Shown here: piece after piece, positions 1 to 8,851 of the stretch
Position numbering within the stretch: the stretch's first letter is position 1
Layout of the letters: the number at the start of each line of letters is the position of its first letter
DNA from: Actinomycetota bacterium
Lineage (GTDB): Bacteria > Actinomycetota > JAICYB01
Length of the DNA stretch: 62,773 bases
NCBI GenBank assembly: GCA_035540895.1
Contig: DATLFR010000075.1
Coordinates: 1-62,773, forward strand
Direction of reading: 5' to 3'
Program-made: the position numbers and the translations under genes
The notes under the pieces: generated by a model
What the model was told of the DNA's origin: nothing
What the model saw: the letters and a program-made list of their open reading frames with translations, nothing else
Database searches by the model: none

Positions 1-12
1 GGCGGCGGGCGG

Positions 13-1377
13 GTGAGGCCGGGCGACGTCGTGTACTTCGTCCTGTTCGCCGCGTTCGTCGCCGGTGCCCTGCTGCTGCTGATCAGCGGCGTGGCCGCCG
101 TGGTGGCCTCGGTCAACCCCGTCTTCCACGAGGCGATGCACGTCCGGGCGTTGAGCGACGACCTGGTGGGGCGGCTTGCGCTGCGGGTGGCGGACGGGGC
201 TCACCTCGTCCAGCCCCCCGTGCAGGTGGTCGTCGACTACGCCTTCAGCCTCCTCAACATGGGGATGGCAGGTCTGCTCCTCTGGCTGAGGCCGCGGGAC
301 TGGACGGCCCGGCTGCTCGCGGTCGCGATGGTGGGGACGGCCGGTGCCTTCAACCTCGAGGCGCAGGGGACGTACGAAGCGGTCGCGCTGACACCGAGCG
401 AGTCGGCCATCTCCGCCGTGAACCACCTCATAGCCGGTTTCGCTTACATCGCGGCGCTGCTGCTGTTCCCGGACGGACGTCCCGTCCCGCGGTGGCCATG
501 GCCGTGGCTGGTCGCGTTGTACGTTCCGCTGGCCGCCCTGGCCACCTTCGTGATGCTCCGGGTCACCGGAGCGGGCGACATCCTCAGCGTCGAGGGCACG
601 TCCCGCCCGACCGTCCTGATGCTGTTCTTCGGACTGCTCGTTCCGGTGACGGGCGTCCTGTCGCAGGCGTATCGGTTCGGCCGCTCCGCCGATGCCGGGT
701 CCCATCAGCAGGCGCGCCTGCTGTTCTGGGCGCTCCTGCCTGCGCTCGCCATCAGCCTGTTCTTCGTGCTCACTCAGCAGGTCGGCCCGCAGACGTTCAC
801 GGCGCTGGCCGGGCGGCCGACACGGGAGCTCCCCGTGGTCGCGTTCAGGGTCTTCCAACCCGTCTTCGCCCTGATCCCGGTCGCCCTGCTGGTGGGCCTC
901 CTGCGGTTCCGGCTCTGGGACGTAGACCGGGTCATCAACCGGACGCTCGTCTACTTCATGCTCACGGCCATCCTCGCCGCCGGGTACTGGGGGACGGTCG
1001 TGGCCGCCCAGTGGACGCTGCGACCCTTCACCCGGGAGAACGGCCTCGCGATCGCCATCTCGACCCTGGCGGTCGCGGCCGGGTTCGGACCCCTCCGCCG
1101 GCGCGTCCAGACCTTCGTGGACCGGCGATACAACCGGTCGCGCTACGACGCGGCCCGAACGATCGAGGAGTTCGGGCACCGGCTCCGCGACGAGATAGAC
1201 CTCGAGTCGATGACGGATCAGCTACGTTCGGTCGTGCTGCAGACGATGCAACCGGCGCACGCGATGCTCTGGCTCCGCCCGCCACCCCGGCCGGAGACGA
1301 ACGACGGAGGGTTCGAAGGGGCCGTAACGGGTTCCGTAACGGTCGAGCGACACCCTTCGGGTATCACGGAGGCGTGA
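13..1377 (+). CDS. Polytopic membrane protein, sensor-type membrane module with cytoplasmic helical tail
   Basis: ORF 13..1377 starts at GTG 13. The frame is open to the window edge, so the 5' end may be truncated. Hydrophobic helices run throughout. The tail RRRVQTFVDRRYNRSRYDAARTIEEFGHRLRDEIDLESM resembles the linker that precedes GAF/kinase modules in actinobacterial sensors. The stop lies 5 nt before the next gene. Confidence 0.7.
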   Translation: MRPGDVVYFVLFAAFVAGALLLLISGVAAVVASVNPVFHEAMHVRALSDDLVGRLALRVADGAHLVQPPVQVVVDYAFSLLNMGMAGLLLWLRPRDWTARLLAVAMVGTAGAFNLEAQGTYEAVALTPSESAISAVNHLIAGFAYIAALLLFPDGRPVPRWPWPWLVALYVPLAALATFVMLRVTGAGDILSVEGTSRPTVLMLFFGLLVPVTGVLSQAYRFGRSADAGSHQQARLLFWALLPALAISLFFVLTQQVGPQTFTALAGRPTRELPVVAFRVFQPVFALIPVALLVGLLRFRLWDVDRVINRTLVYFMLTAILAAGYWGTVVAAQWTLRPFTRENGLAIAISTLAVAAGFGPLRRRVQTFVDRRYNRSRYDAARTIEEFGHRLRDEIDLESMTDQLRSVVLQTMQPAHAMLWLRPPPRPETNDGGFEGAVTGSVTVERHPSGITEA

Positions 1378-1382
1378 GAGAC

Positions 1383-3056
1383 ATGGAGACACCCACGAGG
1401 ACGAGGCGGTTCGCCAGCTGGAGGAGCGACCGCAGGTCGCGACGTGCCCGTAGCGAGGTCGCCTCGGCCGCGGCGCTCGAAGGCCCGCAGATCGATATCG
1501 CGCCCCACGACCCCCTGCTCGCTTTCCTCCAGCAGGACCCGGGACCGGTCGAGGTCGACCGTCTCAAGCTCGACTCCCCGGCCGTTCGCGCGCTGCGGGA
1601 AGGGGGGGTCAAGCTCATCGTTCCCCTCGTGTCGCAGGGCGAGCTGATCGGGCTCCTCAACCTGGGGCCGCGGCTCTCCGAGCAGGAGTACTCCGCCGAC
1701 GACCGCAAGCTCCTGGAGAACCTGGCCGGGCAGGCGGCGCCGTCCCTGCGCGTCGCGCAGCTCGTCCGCGAGAACGCGGCGGTCGTCCGCAGCCGTGAGC
1801 GTTACGAGCAGGAGATGCGGGTCGCGCAGCTCGTCCAGCAGAACCTGCTGCCCAAGGAGCTCCCGGAGCTGTCCGGGTGGGACCTCGTCCCGTATTACCA
1901 ACCGGCCCGCGAGGTGGGGGGCGACTTCTACGACTTCATCCCACTCCCGGACGGCCGGATGGGGTTCGTGGTGGGCGACGTGACCGACAAGGGGGTCCCG
2001 GCGGCGATCGTGATGGCGTCGACGCGCAAGGTGCTGCGGATAGCTGCCCAGCAGCTGATCGAGCCGGGCGCGGTCCTGGAGCAGACGAACAACGAGCTCT
2101 GCCCGGACATGCCGTCCAAGATGTTCGTGACGTGCCTCTACGGGATCCTCGAGCCGCGCACGGGCCGGTTCGTCTTCGCCAACGCGGGACACAACCTGCC
2201 CACCATCGGACGGGACAGCGGCGTCGAAGAGATCAGGGCGCGCGGGATGCCGCTCGGGCTCATGCCCGGCATGACCTACGAGGAGTCGGAGACGACGATC
2301 GGCCCGGGGGAGGTCATCCTCCTATACAGCGACGGACTGACCGAGGCCCACAGCCCGGAAGGCGAGATGTTCGGGTTCCCGAGCGTCAACAGGACCGTCT
2401 GCCGGGCCAACCGCGACCGGGTGATCGACGAGCTGCTCGACGAGCTGCACCGGTTCGTGACCGCGGTCTGGGAGCAGGAGGACGACATCACGCTCGTCTC
2501 CGTCCGGCGAACCGCCGCAGCGGCGATGATCGCCGACCGTCCGGACGTCGAGGTCGCGCCCATCAGGGGTGCGGGCGTGGGGTCGGCGGCCCCCGCGGAC
2601 CCCTCCTCCACACCGGAGGGCGCGCTCGTCGCGTCGTTCGAGGTCCCCAGCTCGGAGGGGAACGAGCGGCTGGTGATACAGCAGCTCGAGGAGGAGGTCG
2701 GGAGCCTCGGTCTGCCCAAGGCGAAGGTCGATCGCATCAAGACGGCCGTCGGGGAGGCGGCCATGAACGCGATCGAGCACGGCAACCACAACCAGCCGGA
2801 GGTGCCGGTGAAGGTGGAAGCCTACGTCTCGCCGCGCGCGTTGACGGTCCGGATCACCGACCGGGGGCGGTACACCCCCATCGACCAGGACCCCGAGGTC
2901 CCCGATCTCGATGCCAAGCTGGCCGGCATGCAGACGCCGCGCGGGTGGGGGCTCTTCCTGATCCGCAACATGGTCGACGAGATGAACGTCTTCGGCGACG
3001 AGACCCACAACACGGTGGAGCTCGTCGTACACCTGAAGGAGAGCGTCGATGACTGA
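1383..3056 (+). CDS. GAF - PP2C (SpoIIE-type) phosphatase - HATPase (RsbW/SpoIIAB-type kinase) fusion protein
   Basis: ATG 1383 lies inside track ORF 492..3056; the upstream part of that ORF is an Arg/Pro-rich shadow of gene 1. Motifs: GAF-like LIVPLVSQGELIGLLNLG; PP2C GGDFYDF, VVGDVTDKGVPAAIVMA, LLYSDGLTEA, DDITLV; C-terminal N-box AVGEAAMNAIEHGN; G2-like PRGWGLFLIRNMVDE. Confidence 0.85.
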   Translation: METPTRTRRFASWRSDRRSRRARSEVASAAALEGPQIDIAPHDPLLAFLQQDPGPVEVDRLKLDSPAVRALREGGVKLIVPLVSQGELIGLLNLGPRLSEQEYSADDRKLLENLAGQAAPSLRVAQLVRENAAVVRSRERYEQEMRVAQLVQQNLLPKELPELSGWDLVPYYQPAREVGGDFYDFIPLPDGRMGFVVGDVTDKGVPAAIVMASTRKVLRIAAQQLIEPGAVLEQTNNELCPDMPSKMFVTCLYGILEPRTGRFVFANAGHNLPTIGRDSGVEEIRARGMPLGLMPGMTYEESETTIGPGEVILLYSDGLTEAHSPEGEMFGFPSVNRTVCRANRDRVIDELLDELHRFVTAVWEQEDDITLVSVRRTAAAAMIADRPDVEVAPIRGAGVGSAAPADPSSTPEGALVASFEVPSSEGNERLVIQQLEEEVGSLGLPKAKVDRIKTAVGEAAMNAIEHGNHNQPEVPVKVEAYVSPRALTVRITDRGRYTPIDQDPEVPDLDAKLAGMQTPRGWGLFLIRNMVDEMNVFGDETHNTVELVVHLKESVDD

Positions 3057-3396
3057 TGATGGGTTCGAGGCTCGGGTGCGCACCGAGGGCCCGGGCACGG
3101 TGATCGACCTCCTCGGGTTGATCGACGGCCAGGCGGAGGCTGCCCTGAACAACGCGTATGCTCAGGCGGCCGCGGCCACCGATCTGGTCGTGCTGAACTT
3201 CGCGGACGTGGGTTACATCAACAGCACGGGGATCGCTCTGGTGGTGGGGCTGCTCGCCCAGGCACGGCGCTCGCGCAACACCGTACGCGCCTGCGGGCTC
3301 AGCGATCACTACCGTGAGATCTTCGAGATCACGAGGCTCGCGGACTTCATGCCGATCCACAGCGACGAGACGAGCGCGATGGCCGCCGGGGTCTGA
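3049..3396 (+). CDS. STAS-domain anti-sigma-factor antagonist (SpoIIAA/RsbV-like), copy 1
   Basis: 8-nt overlap with the upstream gene. STAS pattern VVLNFADVGYINSTGIALVVGL ... GLSDHYREIFEITRL, with the phosphorylatable Ser retained in NSTG. Confidence 0.85.
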   Translation: MTDDGFEARVRTEGPGTVIDLLGLIDGQAEAALNNAYAQAAAATDLVVLNFADVGYINSTGIALVVGLLAQARRSRNTVRACGLSDHYREIFEITRLADFMPIHSDETSAMAAGV

Positions 3397-3420
3397 CCCC
3401 GCTGGCGAGGGAGGGACGAG

Positions 3421-3774
3421 ATGACGCAGGAGACGGCACAGCTGGACGTCAGGCACGTCGACAGCACCACGAGCATCGTGGACATCACCGGCGAGATAAC
3501 CGCGAACTCCGAGGGCCCGCTGATGGACGCGTACCAGCGCGCGACGGGAGATCACACGAGGTCGGTCATCCTGAACTTCTCCGACCTGGAGTACATGAAC
3601 AGCGGCGGCATCGGGCTGCTCGTGACCCTCCTGGTCCGGGCGAACAGGCAGAAGCAGCGGCTCATGGCCTTCGGCCTCACCGACCACTACAAGCAGATCT
3701 TCGAGCTGACGCGCCTGGACGAGGCCGTCGGCATCTTCGACACCGAGCAGGACGCCGTCGCGGCCGCCGGGTGA
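3421..3774 (+). CDS. STAS-domain anti-sigma-factor antagonist, copy 2 (paralog of 3049..3396)
   Basis: SD GAGGGAGGGA lies upstream. VILNFSDLEYMNSGGIGLLVTL ... GLTDHYKQIFELTRL, with Ser retained in NSGG. Confidence 0.85.
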   Translation: MTQETAQLDVRHVDSTTSIVDITGEITANSEGPLMDAYQRATGDHTRSVILNFSDLEYMNSGGIGLLVTLLVRANRQKQRLMAFGLTDHYKQIFELTRLDEAVGIFDTEQDAVAAAG

Positions 3775-3802
3775 CGGCGGGACGCCCGAGAGGAGGCACC
3801 CC

Positions 3803-4561
3803 ATGGCCACGGACCCCGAGAACGGCAGGACGCACCGCAGCGACGCGGAGTCGTGGGCCAAGCCGGTCTCTCGCCTCGAGGTGGGCGAGATGCCCGAGGG
3901 AGCCATCAACCTCAACGTGGCCGGGAAGCGCCTGTCCGGACCGGTGCAGGGCTTCGGCCGGCTGTGGCAGAAGGCGTACCGCATGCGGCTGCCGGCGTCG
4001 GTCGTGTCCGCGTCCGATCTGGTGGCGGAATGGAAGCGCAACTTCGGCAGCTTCTGGCCGACCGGCAACCGCTTCTACGGTCCGCTCACGTCGCTCGAAC
4101 CCGGGGACGTCGCGGTCCTCAACGTGAAGGCGGGCGGCGGCATGACCCTCTCCACGGGGGTGATGGTCGTGTTCGCCGACGAGGAGGCGTTCACGTTCAT
4201 GACCCCGCAGGGCCACATGTTCGCCGCGATGATCACGTTCTCGGCCCGTACGGAAGGCGATGACACGCTCGTCACCATCGAACCGCTCCTGCGCACGAAC
4301 GACCCCATCTACGAGCTCGGGTGGCCGGTCATACGGCGCAAGGAGGACGCCTTCTGGGTGGAGACGATGCGCAACCTCGCCTCCCACTTCGGCGTCGAGG
4401 GAGCCGAGGTCGAGACGGTCGTGAACTGCGTCGACCGACGCCGGCAGTGGCGCAACGCCAGCAACATCTGGCACAACGCCGGTATCCGGTCCACGATCTA
4501 CATGTTCGGGGCACCGGTCCGCTGGTTCGCCAAGCCCTTCCGCCGCGCCCCGCATGCCTGA
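3803..4561 (+). CDS. Conserved-looking protein of unknown function (252 aa)
   Basis: Balanced amino-acid composition. The start is 28 nt after the STAS2 stop. The stop overlaps the next start (ATGCCTGA). I recognise no family motif with confidence. Confidence 0.6.
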   Translation: MATDPENGRTHRSDAESWAKPVSRLEVGEMPEGAINLNVAGKRLSGPVQGFGRLWQKAYRMRLPASVVSASDLVAEWKRNFGSFWPTGNRFYGPLTSLEPGDVAVLNVKAGGGMTLSTGVMVVFADEEAFTFMTPQGHMFAAMITFSARTEGDDTLVTIEPLLRTNDPIYELGWPVIRRKEDAFWVETMRNLASHFGVEGAEVETVVNCVDRRRQWRNASNIWHNAGIRSTIYMFGAPVRWFAKPFRRAPHA

Positions 4562-5969
4562 CGCCGTCGTCGTCGGGTCCGGGCCCAACGGGCTCGCCGC
4601 GGCGATCGCGATCGCGGAGGCCGGACGGTCCGTCCGCGTCTACGAGGGCGCAGCGACTCCGGGCGGAGGGATGCGGACGCAGGAGCTGACGCTGCCCGGG
4701 TTCCGCCACGACGTCTGCTCGGCGATCCATCCGCTCCTCCTAGCGTCTCCCTTCTTCAGACGGCTCCCGCTGGCTGCGCACGGCCTGCAGGTCGTGCAAC
4801 CCGACGCGCCGTACGCCCACCCGCTCGACGACGGGTCCGCGGTCGTGGTGGAGCGGTCGGTGGAGGCGACCGCGTCGGAGCTCGGCTCCCAGGGAGCCGG
4901 GTGGCGGAAGGTCTTCGGCCCGCTGACGCGCGACGCGCACGTGCTGGCGTCGGAGCTCCTGGGGCCGTTCCGACCGCCGCGGCACCCGTTCAAGATGGCC
5001 CGCTTCGGGTTGCAGGCCATCCGCTCTGCCCGTGCCTTCGCGCGGTCGAGGCTGGACGGGGAGAGAGCCCAGGCCGCGTTCGCGGGCGTCGCCGCGCACT
5101 CCATGCTGCGCCTGGACGAACCCGTCACGGCGGGGGTCGGTCTGATGCTGGGGACCTTCGCCCACGCCGTCGGATGGCCGATGGTCGCCGGGGGGTCGGA
5201 GAAGATCGGTGAGGCGATGATCTCGTACCTCCGCTCGCTCGGCGGCGAGATCGAGTGCGGCCGCTGGGTGCGCAGCATCGACGAGCTGCCGGACGCGCGC
5301 GCCTACCTGTTCGACGTCACCCCCCGGCAGCTCGTCTCGATCGCCGGGGACCGGCTCCCGGACCGGTACCGCCGCGCGCTGCTGAGGTACCGGTACGGAC
5401 CCGGCGTCTTCAAGGTGGACTGGGCCCTCGACGAGCCGATCCCGTGGAAGGCGAACGGGTGCCACCGGGCAGCCACCGTCCACCTGGGCGGGACCCTGGA
5501 CGAGATCGCCCGCAGCGAGTCGGAGGTGGTGGCGGGCCGGGTGCCCGAACGTCCCTACACGCTCGTCGTCCAGCAGACGCTGTTCGACCCGTCCCGCGCT
5601 CCCGCGGGGAAGCACACCGCCTGGGCCTACTGCCACGTGCCGCACGGCTCGGACGTCGACATGACCGACGCGATCGAGTCACAGATCGAGCGGTTCGCTC
5701 CCGGGTTCCGCGACGTGGTGGCGGCGCGCAGCACGATGGACTCCCGCGCCATGGAGCAGCACAACCCCAACTACATAGGCGGGGACATCAACGGAGGCGT
5801 GCAGGACCTGCGCCAGCACTTCGCCCGTCCCCTCCCGCGCTGGACCCCCTACGCGACACCGGACCCCTCCATCTACCTCTGCTCGTCCTCGACCCCCCCG
5901 GGAGGAGGGGTCCACGGGATGTGCGGCCACCACGCCGCCCAAGCCGCCCTACGCCGCTCCCTCCGCTAG
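4554..5969 (+). CDS. NAD(P)/FAD-dependent oxidoreductase, phytoene-desaturase (CrtI-like) family
   Basis: N-terminal dinucleotide-binding fold VVVGSGPNGLAAAIAIAEAGRSVRVYE...GGG. The length and C-terminal STPPGGGVHG motif are typical of the family. Confidence 0.8.
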   Translation: MPDAVVVGSGPNGLAAAIAIAEAGRSVRVYEGAATPGGGMRTQELTLPGFRHDVCSAIHPLLLASPFFRRLPLAAHGLQVVQPDAPYAHPLDDGSAVVVERSVEATASELGSQGAGWRKVFGPLTRDAHVLASELLGPFRPPRHPFKMARFGLQAIRSARAFARSRLDGERAQAAFAGVAAHSMLRLDEPVTAGVGLMLGTFAHAVGWPMVAGGSEKIGEAMISYLRSLGGEIECGRWVRSIDELPDARAYLFDVTPRQLVSIAGDRLPDRYRRALLRYRYGPGVFKVDWALDEPIPWKANGCHRAATVHLGGTLDEIARSESEVVAGRVPERPYTLVVQQTLFDPSRAPAGKHTAWAYCHVPHGSDVDMTDAIESQIERFAPGFRDVVAARSTMDSRAMEQHNPNYIGGDINGGVQDLRQHFARPLPRWTPYATPDPSIYLCSSSTPPGGGVHGMCGHHAAQAALRRSLR

Positions 5970-6074
5970 CCCTGGATCGGACCCGCGCCGACCCTGGCCG
6001 CCTGGACCCGGAACCTGCGGCCCCGGGCCCGAGGGAGCGGAGCGTCCCCCGCGACCCCCGACCTCGCACCCACC

Positions 6075-6605
6075 TCAGGACGTAGGCGGCGGCACGGGAG
6101 CCGAGATCTCCCCCGAGTCCTCGAGGTTGAACGGCTCCAGGTCCTCGGCCCGCTCCAATCGCTGCCGCAGCTGCTCCCGTCCCTTGTGGACGGTCTTGAG
6201 GGTCTTGTTCAGGAGGATCTCGAAGCGAGCGAGCTTCGCGTCGACGTAGTCGTCGGCCTTGCGGCGCAGGTCCTCGGCGTCCGCCTCGGCCCGGGAGACG
6301 ATCCGGTGCGCCTCCGCGTTCGCGCCCTGTACGAGCTCGGTCTTGGAGAGGAGGCGGCTGCGCTCGGCCTTGCCCTGCTCGACGAGCTCCTGGGCCTCCT
6401 GACGCGCGGTCGCGAGCAGCGAGTCCCGCTCGGCGAGGACCTCCCGCGCGTGCTCGGTCTCCTTCGGGAGCGCTTCCCGGAGCTGGTCGACGAGGCTCAG
6501 CGCGTCGCTCTGGGGGATCACGACGGAGGAGGACAGGGGCACGGACTTGGCGTTGCGGATCATCTCGTCCAGCGCGTCCAACGCGGTCTTGAAGTTCTCG
6601 CTCAT
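6075..6605 (-). CDS. Coiled-coil protein (ATP synthase b-like / DivIVA-like), conserved downstream of coaD
   Basis: Charged heptad-rich sequence (ARQEAQELVEQGKAERSRLL...AEADAEDLRRKADDYV). 4-nt ATGA overlap with the coaD stop. Confidence 0.7.
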   Translation of the reverse strand: MSENFKTALDALDEMIRNAKSVPLSSSVVIPQSDALSLVDQLREALPKETEHAREVLAERDSLLATARQEAQELVEQGKAERSRLLSKTELVQGANAEAHRIVSRAEADAEDLRRKADDYVDAKLARFEILLNKTLKTVHKGREQLRQRLERAEDLEPFNLEDSGEISAPVPPPTS

Positions 6606-7090
6606 GTGTCTCCCTTCGGCCCGCCCAGCTTCGCCTCGAGCCTGCGGGCGACGGCCTCCGGGACGAGTCCATCGACGGACCCCCCGTAGCGGACGACCTC
6701 CTTCATGAGGCTCGCAGATAGGAACGAGTAGGCGGGGTTGGTGGCCATGAACGCGGTCTCCACTCCCATGCGGGCGTTCATCTGGGCCATCTGCTCTTCG
6801 AAGTCATAGTCGGACACGGTCCGCAGGCCCCGCACGATCACGGTGGCCCCGATCTGCTTGCAGAAGTCGACGGTCAGCCCGGAGAAGGACATCACCTTGA
6901 CGTCGTCGGCGCCGCCCAGCACCTCGTTCAGGATCTCGACCCGCTCGTCGACGGTGAACAGGGCCTGCTTCGACGGGTTCTCGAGCACGGCCACGACGAC
7001 CTCCGCGAACTGACGGCGCGCCCTGGAGATGATGTCCAGATGTCCGTTCGTGACCGGGTCGAACGACCCGGGGCAGCAGGCCTTCGTCAT
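6602..7090 (-). CDS. coaD: Phosphopantetheine adenylyltransferase
   Basis: MTKACCPGSFDPVTNGHLDII motif. I chose ATG 7090 inside track ORF 6602..7195; it overlaps the rsmD stop (ATGA). Confidence 0.9.
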   Translation of the reverse strand: MTKACCPGSFDPVTNGHLDIISRARRQFAEVVVAVLENPSKQALFTVDERVEILNEVLGGADDVKVMSFSGLTVDFCKQIGATVIVRGLRTVSDYDFEEQMAQMNARMGVETAFMATNPAYSFLSASLMKEVVRYGGSVDGLVPEAVARRLEAKLGGPKGDT

Positions 7091-7641
7091 CTCAGCGGTT
7101 CCTCGCGGCTGTAGACCAGGACCCGAGTATCCCCGTATCTGCGGTCCGCTTCCAGGACGTATCCCCGGGGTTCGGGCGGCTCCCCTGGCCCCCATCGCGA
7201 CTCGATGACGACCCGGCCCCCGCGACGGACCGCCTTCCCTAGGCCGTCCAGGACCGTCCGGGTCGCATCGGCGTCGGCGTACGGCGGGTCGACGAACGCG
7301 ACATCGACCGGGTCGCGCCGTCGGGCGCGTTTCAGCAGGTACCCCAAGGCCTCCGATCTGACGAAGGTCGCGTGCTGCTCGAGGCCGGCGGCCTTCGCGT
7401 TCTCGCGAGCGGCTTGCAGGGCGGCCGGGTCCCGGTCGACGAAGGTCGCGTGACGCGCCCCCCGCGAGAGGGCCTCCAGGCCGTAGGCACCCGACCCGCA
7501 GTAAAGGTCCAGGACCGAGGCATCCACCACATGAGCGGCGAGCGAGGAGAACACCGCTTGGCGGACGCGCTCGCTGGCCGGCCGCGCCCCCGGGGGGACC
7601 CGAAGCCTGATGCCGCGGGCGTCCCCGCCGGAGATCCTCAC
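7087..7641 (-). CDS. rsmD: 16S rRNA (guanine966-N2)-methyltransferase
   Basis: SAM motif LDLYCGSGAYGLEALSRGA and the FVDPPY motif. Conserved rsmD-coaD pairing. Confidence 0.85.
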   Translation of the reverse strand: MRISGGDARGIRLRVPPGARPASERVRQAVFSSLAAHVVDASVLDLYCGSGAYGLEALSRGARHATFVDRDPAALQAARENAKAAGLEQHATFVRSEALGYLLKRARRRDPVDVAFVDPPYADADATRTVLDGLGKAVRRGGRVVIESRWGPGEPPEPRGYVLEADRRYGDTRVLVYSREEPLR

Positions 7642-8603
7642 GGGTTCAGTGTGACGGTCCGGGCGCCGGGAGGCACGGCGATCTCCGCGCAGACGTATCG
7701 GTGGTCCGAGCCGGGGATCCGCCCGGTCCAGGCGGTCAGAGGGGTGAGCCGCCGGTCGTGCAGCACGTGGTCGATCCGGATGACGGGGACCGGGTCCCGC
7801 CAGGTGAACCCGACGCCGCGACCCCCAGCGGCGAAGGCGTCGCCCAGGGGTTCGGTGAGACGCCGGTGGAACCGGTGGCGGTCGGAGATGTTGAAGTCGC
7901 CCACGGCGACGACGGGGTGGGGCGCCGCGCGGATCCGGTCCAGGATCTCGTCGAGCGCGCGCTCCTGCTTCGACGTGTCGAAGTCGGAGGGTCCGGTGCC
8001 GGGGGTGTCCGGATGGACGGACAGCAGGGACAGGTCGGCGTCCGGGAGGTGGATGTCCACCTCCTGGTAGGAGAGGTCCGGCCCGACCGCGTGTTCACGG
8101 GGGGTGAGGGGGTGCTTGCTGAACACCCCGTGCCCCCACGAGCCGGGTCCGGCGTGGGAGACGCGGTGGGGGTAGAGGTGGCCGATCCGGGCCACCAACC
8201 ACTCCTCCATCCACGACTGCAGCTCGTGGAACGCGATCACGTCCGGTGCGAGAGCCTCGACCATCTCGGCCACGGCGTCCGGCTGGCGGTTGCGTAGCCA
8301 GAGGTTGGCCCCGGCCACCCGTAGGACCTCGGCTCCCGGCGGGGCCTGCGGCGCGGACCGTGGGATGTAGCGGTGCCCGTACTCGGCGGCGAAGGCCGCT
8401 GCGACGAGCGCGAGGGGAGCCACCGCTCGTCGGTCGCGCTTCACGGCGGCCGAGGTCGCGAGCAGGGGCAGCGGTAGGTAGAGCGCCCAACCGAACAGGT
8501 CGAGCAGCTCGAACGGGGGCCAGTTCTGCAGCCTCGTCCGGCGACCGGCGATCCAGCCGAGGACCCCGACCGAGTAGGCAGCCGCGAGGCGTCCCAACCT
8601 CAA
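7638..8603 (-). CDS. Endonuclease/exonuclease/phosphatase (EEP) family protein with N-terminal membrane helices
   Basis: The C-terminal half has EEP-like blocks (VIAFHELQ, VAVGDFN, GSDHRYV). The start is uncertain. TTG 8603 would overlap the stop of the upstream small ORF (TTGA). The track start at 8771 would overlap that ORF by 172 nt. Confidence 0.65.
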   Translation of the reverse strand: MRLGRLAAAYSVGVLGWIAGRRTRLQNWPPFELLDLFGWALYLPLPLLATSAAVKRDRRAVAPLALVAAAFAAEYGHRYIPRSAPQAPPGAEVLRVAGANLWLRNRQPDAVAEMVEALAPDVIAFHELQSWMEEWLVARIGHLYPHRVSHAGPGSWGHGVFSKHPLTPREHAVGPDLSYQEVDIHLPDADLSLLSVHPDTPGTGPSDFDTSKQERALDEILDRIRAAPHPVVAVGDFNISDRHRFHRRLTEPLGDAFAAGGRGVGFTWRDPVPVIRIDHVLHDRRLTPLTAWTGRIPGSDHRYVCAEIAVPPGARTVTLNP

Positions 8604-8821
8604 CGGCCCCTGCGCTGGGAGATAGCGGCCACCGCCGCGGGGAGGGTCTCCTTCGTCGCCTCGTGGCCGTTGGCGCACTTGGCCGTCCAGGCCTCGCGGT
8701 CCGAGGCGCGCCACGAGCCACCGGCGGCTGCGTACCGCGTTACCCGGTAGGCCTCGAGCATCGCGCTGCACACGGGGCAGCGGGTGGCTGCGGTGTCGGT
8801 GTCGTACGTCGCCTCGGACAT
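8600..8821 (-). CDS. Small protein (73 aa), possible zinc-ribbon (CPVC ... C..H)
   Basis: Non-shadow composition with CPVCSAM and KCANGH motifs. Sits between recG and the EEP gene on the same strand. Confidence 0.4.
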   Translation of the reverse strand: MSEATYDTDTAATRCPVCSAMLEAYRVTRYAAAGGSWRASDREAWTAKCANGHEATKETLPAAVAAISQRRGR

Positions 8822-8851
8822 GCCGACCAGCCTAACGGCGACCGGGCCAGG

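Noticed and set aside
492-1382. N-terminal 297 codons of track ORF 492..3056
   Set aside because: This part overlaps the membrane-protein gene in another frame and is Arg/Pro/Gly-rich. The recognisable GAF/PP2C protein begins at ATG 1383, right after the upstream stop.
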